From an uncultured Anaerolineaceae bacterium (lineage in GTDB: Bacteria > Chloroflexota > Anaerolineae > Aggregatilineales > Aggregatilineaceae), in NCBI GenBank assembly GCA_964472565.1, contig CAYYNB010000010.1, positions 253 to 64,252 of the forward strand: 64,000 bases of DNA. The letters are read 5' to 3'. Positions 39,073 through 48,076 of the stretch are shown here, piece by piece. The notes under the pieces are model-generated. The model saw only the letters and a program-made list of their open reading frames with translations. It did not search any database and had not been told where the DNA came from. The position numbers were made by a program, and so were the translations under genes. Numbering within the stretch: position 1 is the stretch's first letter; each line of letters opens with the position of its first letter.

Positions 39073-39999
39073 TCATTCTCGATTTCGCCGTTCTGCCAGT
39101 ACTTCTGCAATGGTTGTGCGCCCCGCTCTGACGCCAGCACTCGTCAGTTCGGACAACACCTGGTTCACCGAAAGCGCCTCCAGGGCGGGATTGGAGTCCA
39201 GATGCTCACGGACACACGCTTTGACGCCATGGCGTCCGTTGGTCCGGTGTTCGCTCTGTCCGGTTCCTGCGGACAATAAACGGACAGCGGACGACTGTCC
39301 GGTACCCAGATAGCCCTTGACTTCAGACAGCACACGCCGGCGAGCATCTCGTTCATCCAGGCCAGTCTGCAGATACCGCACAAAGACGGCACGGTAGACG
39401 ACCGTGAACTCAACCTCCTGCCACTGGCGCTCACGGAAGTCGGTTTGCTCGCCCTGCTCAAGCGTCAGGTCCGCCAGTCCATCACCGGCCACCAGCGTGC
39501 CGATCGGGATGATGAACGCGGCCAGATCGGCCATGACGAGTGCTGCCTGGCTCGTGGCAGGCAGGGTATCGAAACTGTGGACAATGGCCGAAAAGGAGAG
39601 GCTTTCCAGGTGGTTGGCCGCGACGACCGACACCAACGAACCGGCACCGTTGACCAGAATAGAGGTCACGAAGAGCAACACTTCCATGGCCCACAAGGTC
39701 CAGGGAAGCGTCTGGTCGCGGGATTGAGCCAGTCGGCGCCGGAAGGCCGCATACAAGAGACCGAACTCAACACCCACTGGGGCGATGAATCCCCACCCAG
39801 GTGTGAGCATGTTGAAGATATCGGCGGTGTGCGGGGCGGAGAGACCGAACAGCACCAGGGCGACAATCACAATCCAGTAGGGGACGCTGTCGGCCACCAC
39901 ATCCCGAAACGACCGGCGCGGCGCTTCGTCATGCAGCCAGCGCTGGCGCTCTTCACGATAGAGGGTTTCCATATCCAGGGTCTCGTTCATTTGCTTCAC
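39073..39999 (-). CDS. Hypothetical protein: 4-TM N-terminal half plus C-terminal HTH-like segment
   Basis: 308 aa and visibly more GC-rich than its neighbours. TM helices (YWIVIVALVLFGL, FIAPVGVEFGLLYAAF, WAMEVLLFVTSILV, LAAFIIPIGTLVA). The C-terminus SVNQVLSELTSAGVRAGRTTIAEVL looks like an HTH. Confidence 0.5.
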   Translation of the reverse strand: MKQMNETLDMETLYREERQRWLHDEAPRRSFRDVVADSVPYWIVIVALVLFGLSAPHTADIFNMLTPGWGFIAPVGVEFGLLYAAFRRRLAQSRDQTLPWTLWAMEVLLFVTSILVNGAGSLVSVVAANHLESLSFSAIVHSFDTLPATSQAALVMADLAAFIIPIGTLVAGDGLADLTLEQGEQTDFRERQWQEVEFTVVYRAVFVRYLQTGLDERDARRRVLSEVKGYLGTGQSSAVRLLSAGTGQSEHRTNGRHGVKACVREHLDSNPALEALSVNQVLSELTSAGVRAGRTTIAEVLAERRNRE

Positions 40000-40012
40000 T
40001 CCTCACACTCGA

Positions 40013-41119
40013 ATGGGACGGTTGGGGTCTAATCGGCAAATGACGACAAAAGGAGCGGACACGTTGCGCCCCGCCAACACGCAGATGATCATGACAACTC
40101 CACTTCCACGCGAGAGATGGTGTTATCGTGCAAGGAGTACACGAGACGATAGGTCAAAGATGAGGTCTTGTTGTAAGAATGCCTGCGGTCAGGAGCACGT
40201 CAAAAGAGCGCTGGAGGTTGCCGCCGCTGGTTCGCATAATCTTTTGATGGTTGGCCCGCCCGGAGTCGGCAAGACCCTGTTGGCCCGCGCTTTACCGGGC
40301 ATTTTACCTACGATGTCACTGGAAGAGGCGCTTGAGGTCACACAGATTTACTCCGTCGCCGACAAACTCCCGCCCGGCAAACCGTTGATCCGGGTTCGCC
40401 CGTTCCGCGCGCCGCACCACACCGTGAGTGAGGCGGGTTTGATCGGCGGCGGATCATGGCCGCGCCCTGGTGAAGTATCGCTGGCCCATCATGGGTTGCT
40501 CTTTCTGGACGAGCTGTTGGAATATGGCTCGCATTCGCTCGAAGTGCTCCGCCAGCCGATTGAAGACAAAATTGTGACCATCAGCCGTGCCCAGGTCGCG
40601 TTGATGTTTCCGGCTAATTTTATGTTGGTCGCTGCCATGAATCCGTGCCCCTGTGGCTACTACGGCGATCCGGTGAAGGAATGCACCTGCTCAATCTCTG
40701 CGATCCGCCGTTACCAGCAGCGGCTTTCTGGCCCGATGTTAGATCGCATCGATATTCATGTGGATGTCCCGCGTGTGGATTACGATAAACTGACCGATGA
40801 TCGCCGGGGTGAGCCTTCGTCGGCCATCCGTGCTCGTGTCGAAGCGGCGCGAGATCGCCAGCGGATTCGCTTTCGTGGGGAACCCCGCTTGCAGTCCAAC
40901 GCCGACATGGGCGCAAGTGACATCCGGCGTTTTTGCCACCCGGATGCGGCGGGCCAGCAGTTGTTGAATACAACCCTGCGCCAGATGCAGCTCAGCGCGC
41001 GCGCTTACCATCGTATCCTCAAACTCAGCCGCACTATCGCCGATCTGGCAGACTGCGAAACTATCGAAATCGGCCATTTAGCCGAGGCGATTCAATATCG
41101 CCCGCGCAAGATCATGTAA
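40013..41119 (+). pseudogene. comM: comM/yifB 3' fragment (residues 203-513) fused in frame to 58 unrelated N-terminal codons
   Basis: From GGT CAG at 40187: GQEHVKRALEVAAAGSHNLLMVGPPGVGKT... to the normal C-terminus AIQYRPRKIM. About 85% aa identity to the intact copy. The Lon-like N-domain is absent. Confidence 0.85.
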
Positions 41120-41122
41120 ACA

Positions 41123-42664
41123 TCAGGGGATATGATCCGCTTGCGTGGCTAAAATATTCGCTTCTTTTAAGTACGCTTGTCGGATTCCGGCAACTGCCTC
41201 ATAAGCACTATACGACAGCGTGCCCCAAAAATCGGCTGGCTTGGCGATCTGCCCGTTCATCTTTTGAACATAGGCTTTGATCCACGCCCAAAACGCTTCA
41301 TCACCCAGTTGTTTTCGCAGTTCCTGCATCATCAACGCCCCCCGCAGATACACCGCGTTAATATAACCGCGCGGGGAATAAAAATCGTAGACCGTCGCAT
41401 CTACATAGCCGCTGGGCGTGTACATCGTGACACGGAACTGCCACCACCAGTCTACCAGTTCAGGGTAAGTGTGTTCCAGATACAGCACTTCACTATAAAT
41501 CGCTAAGGCTTCATCCAGATACGGCGTATTCCCCTGATCGCTGCCCACAATACAGTACCACCACTGGTGCGCGACCTCATGCACCGTGATCAATGTCAGC
41601 CAGTCGTTCGGGATCCCCTGCCACGTTCGGAACCATGCCTCACTGACGAACACCAGCCCGCTGAATTCCATTCCATCGGGAAAGTCGCCTTCAACGATCA
41701 CCATCCGCCCATGAGGATATGGACCGTATAATTTTTCGTACAGTGCGAGGGCATCCGCCGCTGTTTGGAGCGCATAGCGCGGCGTATCCAGTGTCTCGAA
41801 TGTAGGGAAGTAAAAGAGTTCGACGGTAACACCAGAATCGGTTCGGGTGCTGAGCGTGCGATACTGCTCTGACACCGACAGCACCAGATCGCGCGCCTGC
41901 TGCAATTCAAAGCGCCACGTGTGTTCAGCTTTTTTGCTGACCTTGCCCGGCCCTGCAATATGAATTTCATCCGGCGCATTTTTGATCGAAAAATCAACAT
42001 AAAAATCGGCGCTCGGCGTAACACTCTGTTCGCCCAGCCAGTAGTAAGTCGGCGTGATCCAACTGTTATATGGATCATATCCGGCGACCAGCGGGAACCA
42101 CATACCCAGGTTGAGTTGGCGCGAACTGTATCCCCAATAGCCGAGGTGATTCTTACGGTAGCCATCAACCGTCACCGGAATGGTTAGCGTATAGCTCAAC
42201 GTGAGATGGACTGTCGCCTTCGAATCGACGGCTTGCGCAACGACCAACTGCGTACCGTTCAGGCTGTAATCCGCGCGTTTTTTGTCCACGAGGATATGCT
42301 TTAACGTGAAATCGCCTGGTTCCTGGTTCACTTCGACATTAAACGCAATTTCGTTCTGCCGCTGTTCATACAGGTTGCGGTAGGTCACTTGCTGTTCAAC
42401 CTGCATCGTGTGGGTAGTCCAGTTGAGTTCCGCCGAAATATCGTACCGGATGGCAGATTGCACCGTGTCCTCAGGCTGAGTCTCATCAGTTGCGGCTTTA
42501 TCCGGTAAGGCGGTAGGCGGCGTATCCGTCTGGAATAGCACGCTCGTATAACGCGGCGTTTGTGTCACCACGCGCGGTTCAGAAGAAGTTTTCGACTCTG
42601 GCTGGCACGCCAGACTGATCATCAGGCAAATGATAAATACGAACATCACGATATAACGCTGCAT
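41123..42664 (-). CDS. M1-family zinc metallopeptidase, lipoprotein
   Basis: HEVAHQWWY (HExxH) plus downstream LDEALAIYSE. Signal/lipobox MISLAC. Confidence 0.85.
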   Translation of the reverse strand: MQRYIVMFVFIICLMISLACQPESKTSSEPRVVTQTPRYTSVLFQTDTPPTALPDKAATDETQPEDTVQSAIRYDISAELNWTTHTMQVEQQVTYRNLYEQRQNEIAFNVEVNQEPGDFTLKHILVDKKRADYSLNGTQLVVAQAVDSKATVHLTLSYTLTIPVTVDGYRKNHLGYWGYSSRQLNLGMWFPLVAGYDPYNSWITPTYYWLGEQSVTPSADFYVDFSIKNAPDEIHIAGPGKVSKKAEHTWRFELQQARDLVLSVSEQYRTLSTRTDSGVTVELFYFPTFETLDTPRYALQTAADALALYEKLYGPYPHGRMVIVEGDFPDGMEFSGLVFVSEAWFRTWQGIPNDWLTLITVHEVAHQWWYCIVGSDQGNTPYLDEALAIYSEVLYLEHTYPELVDWWWQFRVTMYTPSGYVDATVYDFYSPRGYINAVYLRGALMMQELRKQLGDEAFWAWIKAYVQKMNGQIAKPADFWGTLSYSAYEAVAGIRQAYLKEANILATQADHIP

Positions 42665-42788
42665 AATATCCCTCTAGTGAGGATGATAACCCCAGGATCA
42701 TACCTTGCACTCGATGGAAAGCCAACGCTTGCCCCACAGATGTGCTATACTTTCAGGCATACTTTTTTGACAAAGATGGATTGTTACG

Positions 42789-44909
42789 ATGGATAAACAA
42801 GCACTGGATGCTCAGTCGCTGCCCCCCACTGGTGATGTTGATCTGCGCGACCCTGCGCTGTATATCAACCGCGAACTCAGTATGCTGGAATTTAACTATC
42901 GCGTGCTGGAAGAGGCGCTTGATCCGACTATTCCGCTGCTCGAACGGGTGAAGTTTCTGGCGATTTTTGCCAACAACATGGACGAGTTTTTCATGATTCG
43001 CGTCTCTGGCCTGCGCGAACAGGTCGCCGCCGGGGTGATCGAAACGCCTGCCGATGGTCTGACCCCCGCCCAGCAGCTCGCTGCGATTCGCAAACGCTTC
43101 CAGCCCATGCTCGACAACCAGTACCGCCTCTACCAGGATGAGCTGATCCCGGCCTTAGATGTGGAAGGTTTATATGTTGTTCCCTATGCCGACCTGAACG
43201 AGGAACGTCAGAAAGCCCTTCAGATTTTTTATGAAAACGAGATTTTCCCGGTGCTGACGCCGCTGGCCGTTGATCCAGGTCGCCCCTTTCCCCATATTTC
43301 AAATTTAAGTCTCAATCTGGCCGTGCTGCTGCGTGACGAAAAAGGGCAGGAACGGTTTGCCCGCGTCAAAGTGCCGCCTACGCTGCCCCGTATTGTCGCC
43401 GCCCATGATATGGCGCAGAAGCATCTGGGGACCAAAGCCGGGCGCAAAAAGCAGTTTGTTTACTTAGAAGAAATTATTGCGGCCAATTTGGGGAAACTCT
43501 TCCCCGGTATGCAGATTTTAGAATCCCATCCTTTCCGGGTCACGCGTAATGCTGACATGGAAATTGAAGAAGACGAAGCGCCCGATTTGTTAGAGACGAT
43601 TGAGGCGGGGGTCCGGCAGCGGCGTTTTGGGCGTGTCGTGCGCATGGAAGTTCAGGAGTCCATGCCCAAGACCCTGGTCGAACTGTTAAAAGGTTTCCTC
43701 AACATTGAGCGCTCCGACATTTACACCGCCAATGGCCCACTCGGTATGAGCCAGCTTTTCGAATTAGCGGACCTTGATGTGCCGTCCTTAAAATATCCGC
43801 CTTTTGTGCCGGTGCGTCCGCCAATCTTTGATCAGCATGACGACATCTTCTCCGCGATCCGCGCCCAGGATATTTTATTGTACCATCCCTACGATTCGTT
43901 TTTGCCTGTCATCCAGTTTATCCGTACCGCCGCCTACGATCCCCAGGTCTTAGCCATCAAAACCACCTTGTACCGGGTCGGTAATAATTCTCCCATCGTC
44001 AATGCGCTGCTTGAAGCCCAGGAGAATGGGAAGCAGGTCGCCGTGCTGGTTGAACTCAAAGCTCGGTTCGACGAAGAAAACAATATCGTGTGGGCGCGCA
44101 AGCTGGAAGCGCAGGGTGTGCATGTGGTCTATGGTTTGGTCGGCTTGAAAACCCACTGTAAAGTGGCGCTGGTCGTCCGCAAAGAAGAAGATGGCTTGCG
44201 GCGTTATGTCCATCTCAGCACCGGTAACTACAACGCCAGCACCGCCCGGATGTACAGTGATATTGGCATGTTCACCTGCCAGGATGACATCGGGATTGAC
44301 GCCAGCGAACTTTTCAACCGCCTGACCGGATACGCACCGGCAGCCGCCTATAAAAAACTGCTGGTTGCACCGGAATATTTGCGTGACCAGTTCGAAGCGT
44401 TGATTCTGCGCGAAATCGAACATGCCCGTGCGGGACGCCCAGCACGCCTCATTTTTAAGATGAATGCCCTGGTCGATTCCAAACTGATCCGGCGGCTCTA
44501 TGAAGCATCCATCGCCGGGGTAAAAGTGATATTATTCGTTCGTGGAATTTGCTGTCTGCGGCCTGGGATCAAGGGTGTCAGCGAGAACATTCGTGTGACC
44601 AGTGTGGTCGGACGTTTTCTTGAACACCCCCGCATTTACTACTTCACCAATGACGGCCAGGAAGAAATTTACATGGGTAGTGCTGACTTGATGCCGCGTA
44701 ACCTGGATCGCCGCGTCGAAACCATTTTCCCGGTGGAGGATGCGGCGCTCAAGTCGCGTATCCTCAATGAAATTCTTACCATCGAAATGGCGGATAACGT
44801 CAAAGCGCGTGAACTCCAACCGGACGGCACCTACCGGCGTCTGAAGCCCGAAAATGGACAACCGCCGCTCAATTCCCAATCCTGGTTTATGGAGCGGGCG
44901 CGTGCCTAA
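42789..44909 (+). CDS. ppk: Polyphosphate kinase 1
   Basis: 706 aa. N-terminal YINRELSMLEFNYRVLEEA; two PLD-like HKD-type domains (KTHCKVALVVR; RFLEHPRIYYF). Confidence 0.95.
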   Translation: MDKQALDAQSLPPTGDVDLRDPALYINRELSMLEFNYRVLEEALDPTIPLLERVKFLAIFANNMDEFFMIRVSGLREQVAAGVIETPADGLTPAQQLAAIRKRFQPMLDNQYRLYQDELIPALDVEGLYVVPYADLNEERQKALQIFYENEIFPVLTPLAVDPGRPFPHISNLSLNLAVLLRDEKGQERFARVKVPPTLPRIVAAHDMAQKHLGTKAGRKKQFVYLEEIIAANLGKLFPGMQILESHPFRVTRNADMEIEEDEAPDLLETIEAGVRQRRFGRVVRMEVQESMPKTLVELLKGFLNIERSDIYTANGPLGMSQLFELADLDVPSLKYPPFVPVRPPIFDQHDDIFSAIRAQDILLYHPYDSFLPVIQFIRTAAYDPQVLAIKTTLYRVGNNSPIVNALLEAQENGKQVAVLVELKARFDEENNIVWARKLEAQGVHVVYGLVGLKTHCKVALVVRKEEDGLRRYVHLSTGNYNASTARMYSDIGMFTCQDDIGIDASELFNRLTGYAPAAAYKKLLVAPEYLRDQFEALILREIEHARAGRPARLIFKMNALVDSKLIRRLYEASIAGVKVILFVRGICCLRPGIKGVSENIRVTSVVGRFLEHPRIYYFTNDGQEEIYMGSADLMPRNLDRRVETIFPVEDAALKSRILNEILTIEMADNVKARELQPDGTYRRLKPENGQPPLNSQSWFMERARA

Positions 44910-47245
44910 TCATGGGTATAAACCCACAGCTTTTTTCCATCCGTGACTATTTCAATGGTGCCCTGCTGATCCGTGCGATACAGCGGGGCTTGTAGCCGTT
45001 CCGCAACCGCCGGGTCCGGCAGATTGGCCCGGTTCCCGGCTCCGACTGAAACCACCGCCATCTGCGGTCCGACTTTATCCAGAAAATCGGCTGAATTTTC
45101 CTCGTCGCGCCCATACGCCGGGAGTTCAAGCACCGTACTCCCCACATACCACCCCGCCTGGATGAGCGCTTCTCCCGCCTCGACATCCATATTGGGTGTG
45201 ATCAAAAAGCTGGTATCGCCATAACTCAGCCGCAGCACCATTGACACTCGTTTTGAATCATCCTCGCTGCTAGGCGTTGTTTGTGGGCTGAGAACCTCGA
45301 TCCGAACCCCATCCTGTGTTTGAAGCTGGTATCCCGCCGTGACGGGCTGCACTTTCGTCTTCTGATCCGCCCATGCCCGCTCTAAAGTTTCGCTGCGCTG
45401 TCCATTTGTCAGCGCCAGCTTGACCGAGTACCGTTCCAACAGGGCAGGGAGTCCGCCAATTGCGGCATCTTCCGCCTGAGTCATGATCACCACGTCCAGC
45501 GCCTTGTCCCAGAACGGCAGCACATCGCCGACTGCCTGCCGGAGTTGGCTGGGATTCGGCCCACCATCTACCAGAATTTGACTCCCTTGTGGCGTCTGGA
45601 TCAGTACCGCATGCCCATGCCCCACGTCGAGAAACCACACATGCAGCCGCCTATCCGGTTGGTTGAGCGCGGCGGCCCACACCAGGATCGCCAGAATCGC
45701 GCCGCTCACCATCAGCCCATAGACCACCGCGCGCTGCTGAAGACGCCGGAACAGTGCCGCTCGATCATCAGGATGTTGAAAACGCAGCCAAGCCACGATC
45801 AATAATCCCCCATAGAATAGCCAGGCATACGTGGATGATAGGGTAAATGAAATCGACGCCCAATCCCACCGTCCCATTTTGCGTACCACTTCTAACGTAT
45901 ACGTCAGTGGAATCCACACCACCCAGGCGGCCAGTTCTCCCAGCGGTTCCCACACCAGTCCGATCAGCACGGCCAGCCAGCCTAAAACCATGACATAGCT
46001 TTGCGCCGGAACAATCAGAATATTCGCCAGCAAGCCGACCACCGACAGCCGCCCGAAATACAGCAAAATAAGCGGCGTGGTTGTAATCTGCGCTGCGAGA
46101 CTGACCGCCAGGGGTTCAGAAAGGAACTTCACGATCTGGCGTGTGGTATCCTGCGCAAATAGCCGCTTCAAAAAACGTTCCAGATAAGAAGTAAATTGAT
46201 CGCTGAATACAACCAGCCCAATCGTTGCCGCCGCGCTCAACTGGAATCCAATATCCCACAGCACGAGCGGGTTGATCATCGACATCACCCACACGGCAAA
46301 CGCCAGCGTGGTTAAGCCGTAAGCCCGCCGCCCCAGGTGCGCTGCCAGCAGTGCCAGCCCGCCCATGATTGCTGCCCGAACTACCGCCGCATCCGCTCCC
46401 ACGAACAACGTATACAGCAGCACGCCGATCAGAGTGATCCCACTCGCGCGTTTTTTGCCTGCCAGCGGGATAAAAAGGCGCATCAAAACACCCATCACGA
46501 CGATGATATTCGCGCCTGAAATTGCAATAATATGCGATGTCCCGGTGTTGTTGAAGGCTTCCCGTACATCGGTTGGAATTTCGGTGTCAAGACCCAGCAG
46601 TATCCCACTCAACAGCGGAGCTTGTGGGCTGGGCAGCAGCCGCGTAATGATGCGGTGCGCCCGCGCTTTCAGATCATACAGCGCCGCATACCAGGGTTGT
46701 CCCTGGTCGTGTTCCACGATCTCAATTTCTGCATTGGGGATCATGACATGCACGCCGCGCCGCGCAAGATAATCCCGGTACGAAAAATCGTCAAATTCAG
46801 GCGGCGTTAGCAGCGATCCGCTAATCGTGACGCGATCTCCATACCGGTATTCCCCGTAACGCGGCACTTGCGCCAGGACGGTTCCCTTCACATCCACGCG
46901 CCGCCCGTTTTGCTCGACCTGTTCAGCTTCAATCGTCAGGTTGGTATGCTGCTCCCGCACGTCCGCATCGCGGCTGATGATCCCGGTTATGGTACTCCAT
47001 CCCCGATAATGTCCAATGTGATTATTGTCCAGGGGGTGTTCCGCCCAACTGGTTCGCGCTGCGCCGCAGGCAAGCAGGGCCAGGCCAATAAATGCTAAAC
47101 GTTTGGTCCGCTCGTGTCTTACAAAAAGAGCCAGGAGAAAACTCCCGGCTCCGAATGCCAGCCATAATTCAGCAGCAGATGAATTCGCTGCGTCTGCCAG
47201 AAAAATCCCAGTTACCCATGCGGCAACCAGATAAAGCAGCGTCAT
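44906..47245 (-). CDS. comEC: ComEC/Rec2 DNA internalisation competence protein with C-terminal metallo-beta-lactamase domain
   Basis: 779 aa. Competence integral membrane core (GTSHIIAISGANI) plus an MBL-type motif (FLDVGHGHAVLIQT). Confidence 0.9.
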   Translation of the reverse strand: MTLLYLVAAWVTGIFLADAANSSAAELWLAFGAGSFLLALFVRHERTKRLAFIGLALLACGAARTSWAEHPLDNNHIGHYRGWSTITGIISRDADVREQHTNLTIEAEQVEQNGRRVDVKGTVLAQVPRYGEYRYGDRVTISGSLLTPPEFDDFSYRDYLARRGVHVMIPNAEIEIVEHDQGQPWYAALYDLKARAHRIITRLLPSPQAPLLSGILLGLDTEIPTDVREAFNNTGTSHIIAISGANIIVVMGVLMRLFIPLAGKKRASGITLIGVLLYTLFVGADAAVVRAAIMGGLALLAAHLGRRAYGLTTLAFAVWVMSMINPLVLWDIGFQLSAAATIGLVVFSDQFTSYLERFLKRLFAQDTTRQIVKFLSEPLAVSLAAQITTTPLILLYFGRLSVVGLLANILIVPAQSYVMVLGWLAVLIGLVWEPLGELAAWVVWIPLTYTLEVVRKMGRWDWASISFTLSSTYAWLFYGGLLIVAWLRFQHPDDRAALFRRLQQRAVVYGLMVSGAILAILVWAAALNQPDRRLHVWFLDVGHGHAVLIQTPQGSQILVDGGPNPSQLRQAVGDVLPFWDKALDVVIMTQAEDAAIGGLPALLERYSVKLALTNGQRSETLERAWADQKTKVQPVTAGYQLQTQDGVRIEVLSPQTTPSSEDDSKRVSMVLRLSYGDTSFLITPNMDVEAGEALIQAGWYVGSTVLELPAYGRDEENSADFLDKVGPQMAVVSVGAGNRANLPDPAVAERLQAPLYRTDQQGTIEIVTDGKKLWVYTHD

Positions 47246-47248
47246 ACC

Positions 47249-47950
47249 CTATCCTTCAGTTTTCACCGACTGGTGCTGTTTGATGATCTGGTACAGTGCT
47301 TCTATCGACTCGTCGAGGGTCAGCGTGGTGGTATCAAGATAAATCGCATCATTCGCCCGTTGAAGCGGCGCGGTTTTACGGCTGCTGTCATATTGATCGC
47401 GTGCCCGCATCGCCTCACGGATGGCGTCCAGGTCTGCCGTTTCCCCGTTATCAATCCGCTGCTGGTATCGTCGTTCGGCGCGAATATCCAGTGATGCATC
47501 AATATAAACTTTGAGATCGGCATCCGGCAGAACAACGGTGCCAATATCGCGTCCGGCCAAAATCGCTTTGCCACGCCGCGCCACCATGCGCTGCACATCC
47601 ATCAAAGCATCGCGCACAGCCGGGTTAGCCGCCACCACGGACACCTTGCTGTCTACCAGGGGCGAATGAATTTTGAGCGTAATATCCTCGCCATCGGCCA
47701 GCAGGGTATACTGTCGCTGATCATCCCCTGGATCAGGGGTCATATCCAGCCGGGTCTTCTGAGCGAGTTGGGCGATCTGTTGGGGGTCATCAAAATTAAG
47801 CTGTCGTTCGATTGCCAGGAGCGTGATCGCGCGATAGAACGCGCCTGTATCGATAAACAGGTACTCAATCCGCTGCGAAACGGCAAATGCGACGGTGCTT
47901 TTGCCCGATCCGGCAGGGCCATCAACTGCAATGGTATTCGGTAAAGACAA
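47249..47950 (-). CDS. cmk: Cytidylate kinase
   Basis: IAVDGPAGSGKSTVA P-loop; GRDIGTVVLPDA. Confidence 0.95.
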   Translation of the reverse strand: MSLPNTIAVDGPAGSGKSTVAFAVSQRIEYLFIDTGAFYRAITLLAIERQLNFDDPQQIAQLAQKTRLDMTPDPGDDQRQYTLLADGEDITLKIHSPLVDSKVSVVAANPAVRDALMDVQRMVARRGKAILAGRDIGTVVLPDADLKVYIDASLDIRAERRYQQRIDNGETADLDAIREAMRARDQYDSSRKTAPLQRANDAIYLDTTTLTLDESIEALYQIIKQHQSVKTEG

Positions 47951-48076
47951 GTCCTTTACTCCAGGTTGGATAGAAGCTTTAACAGTCCCAACTATACCCC
48001 AACTTGGCTAAACTTGCGCTGTCTCGTACAATCACTGCAAAATGTCCTGTGGGGGGTCACGGGAGGATAAACCGTT

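Noticed and set aside
38772-39140. Two overlapping ORFs of 119 aa (+) and 90 aa (-) in the gap between the AKR and the GC-rich membrane gene
   Set aside because: They have no RBS, no motifs and overlap each other. I could not support either as a gene. The region is left unannotated, though it could hold island-end sites.
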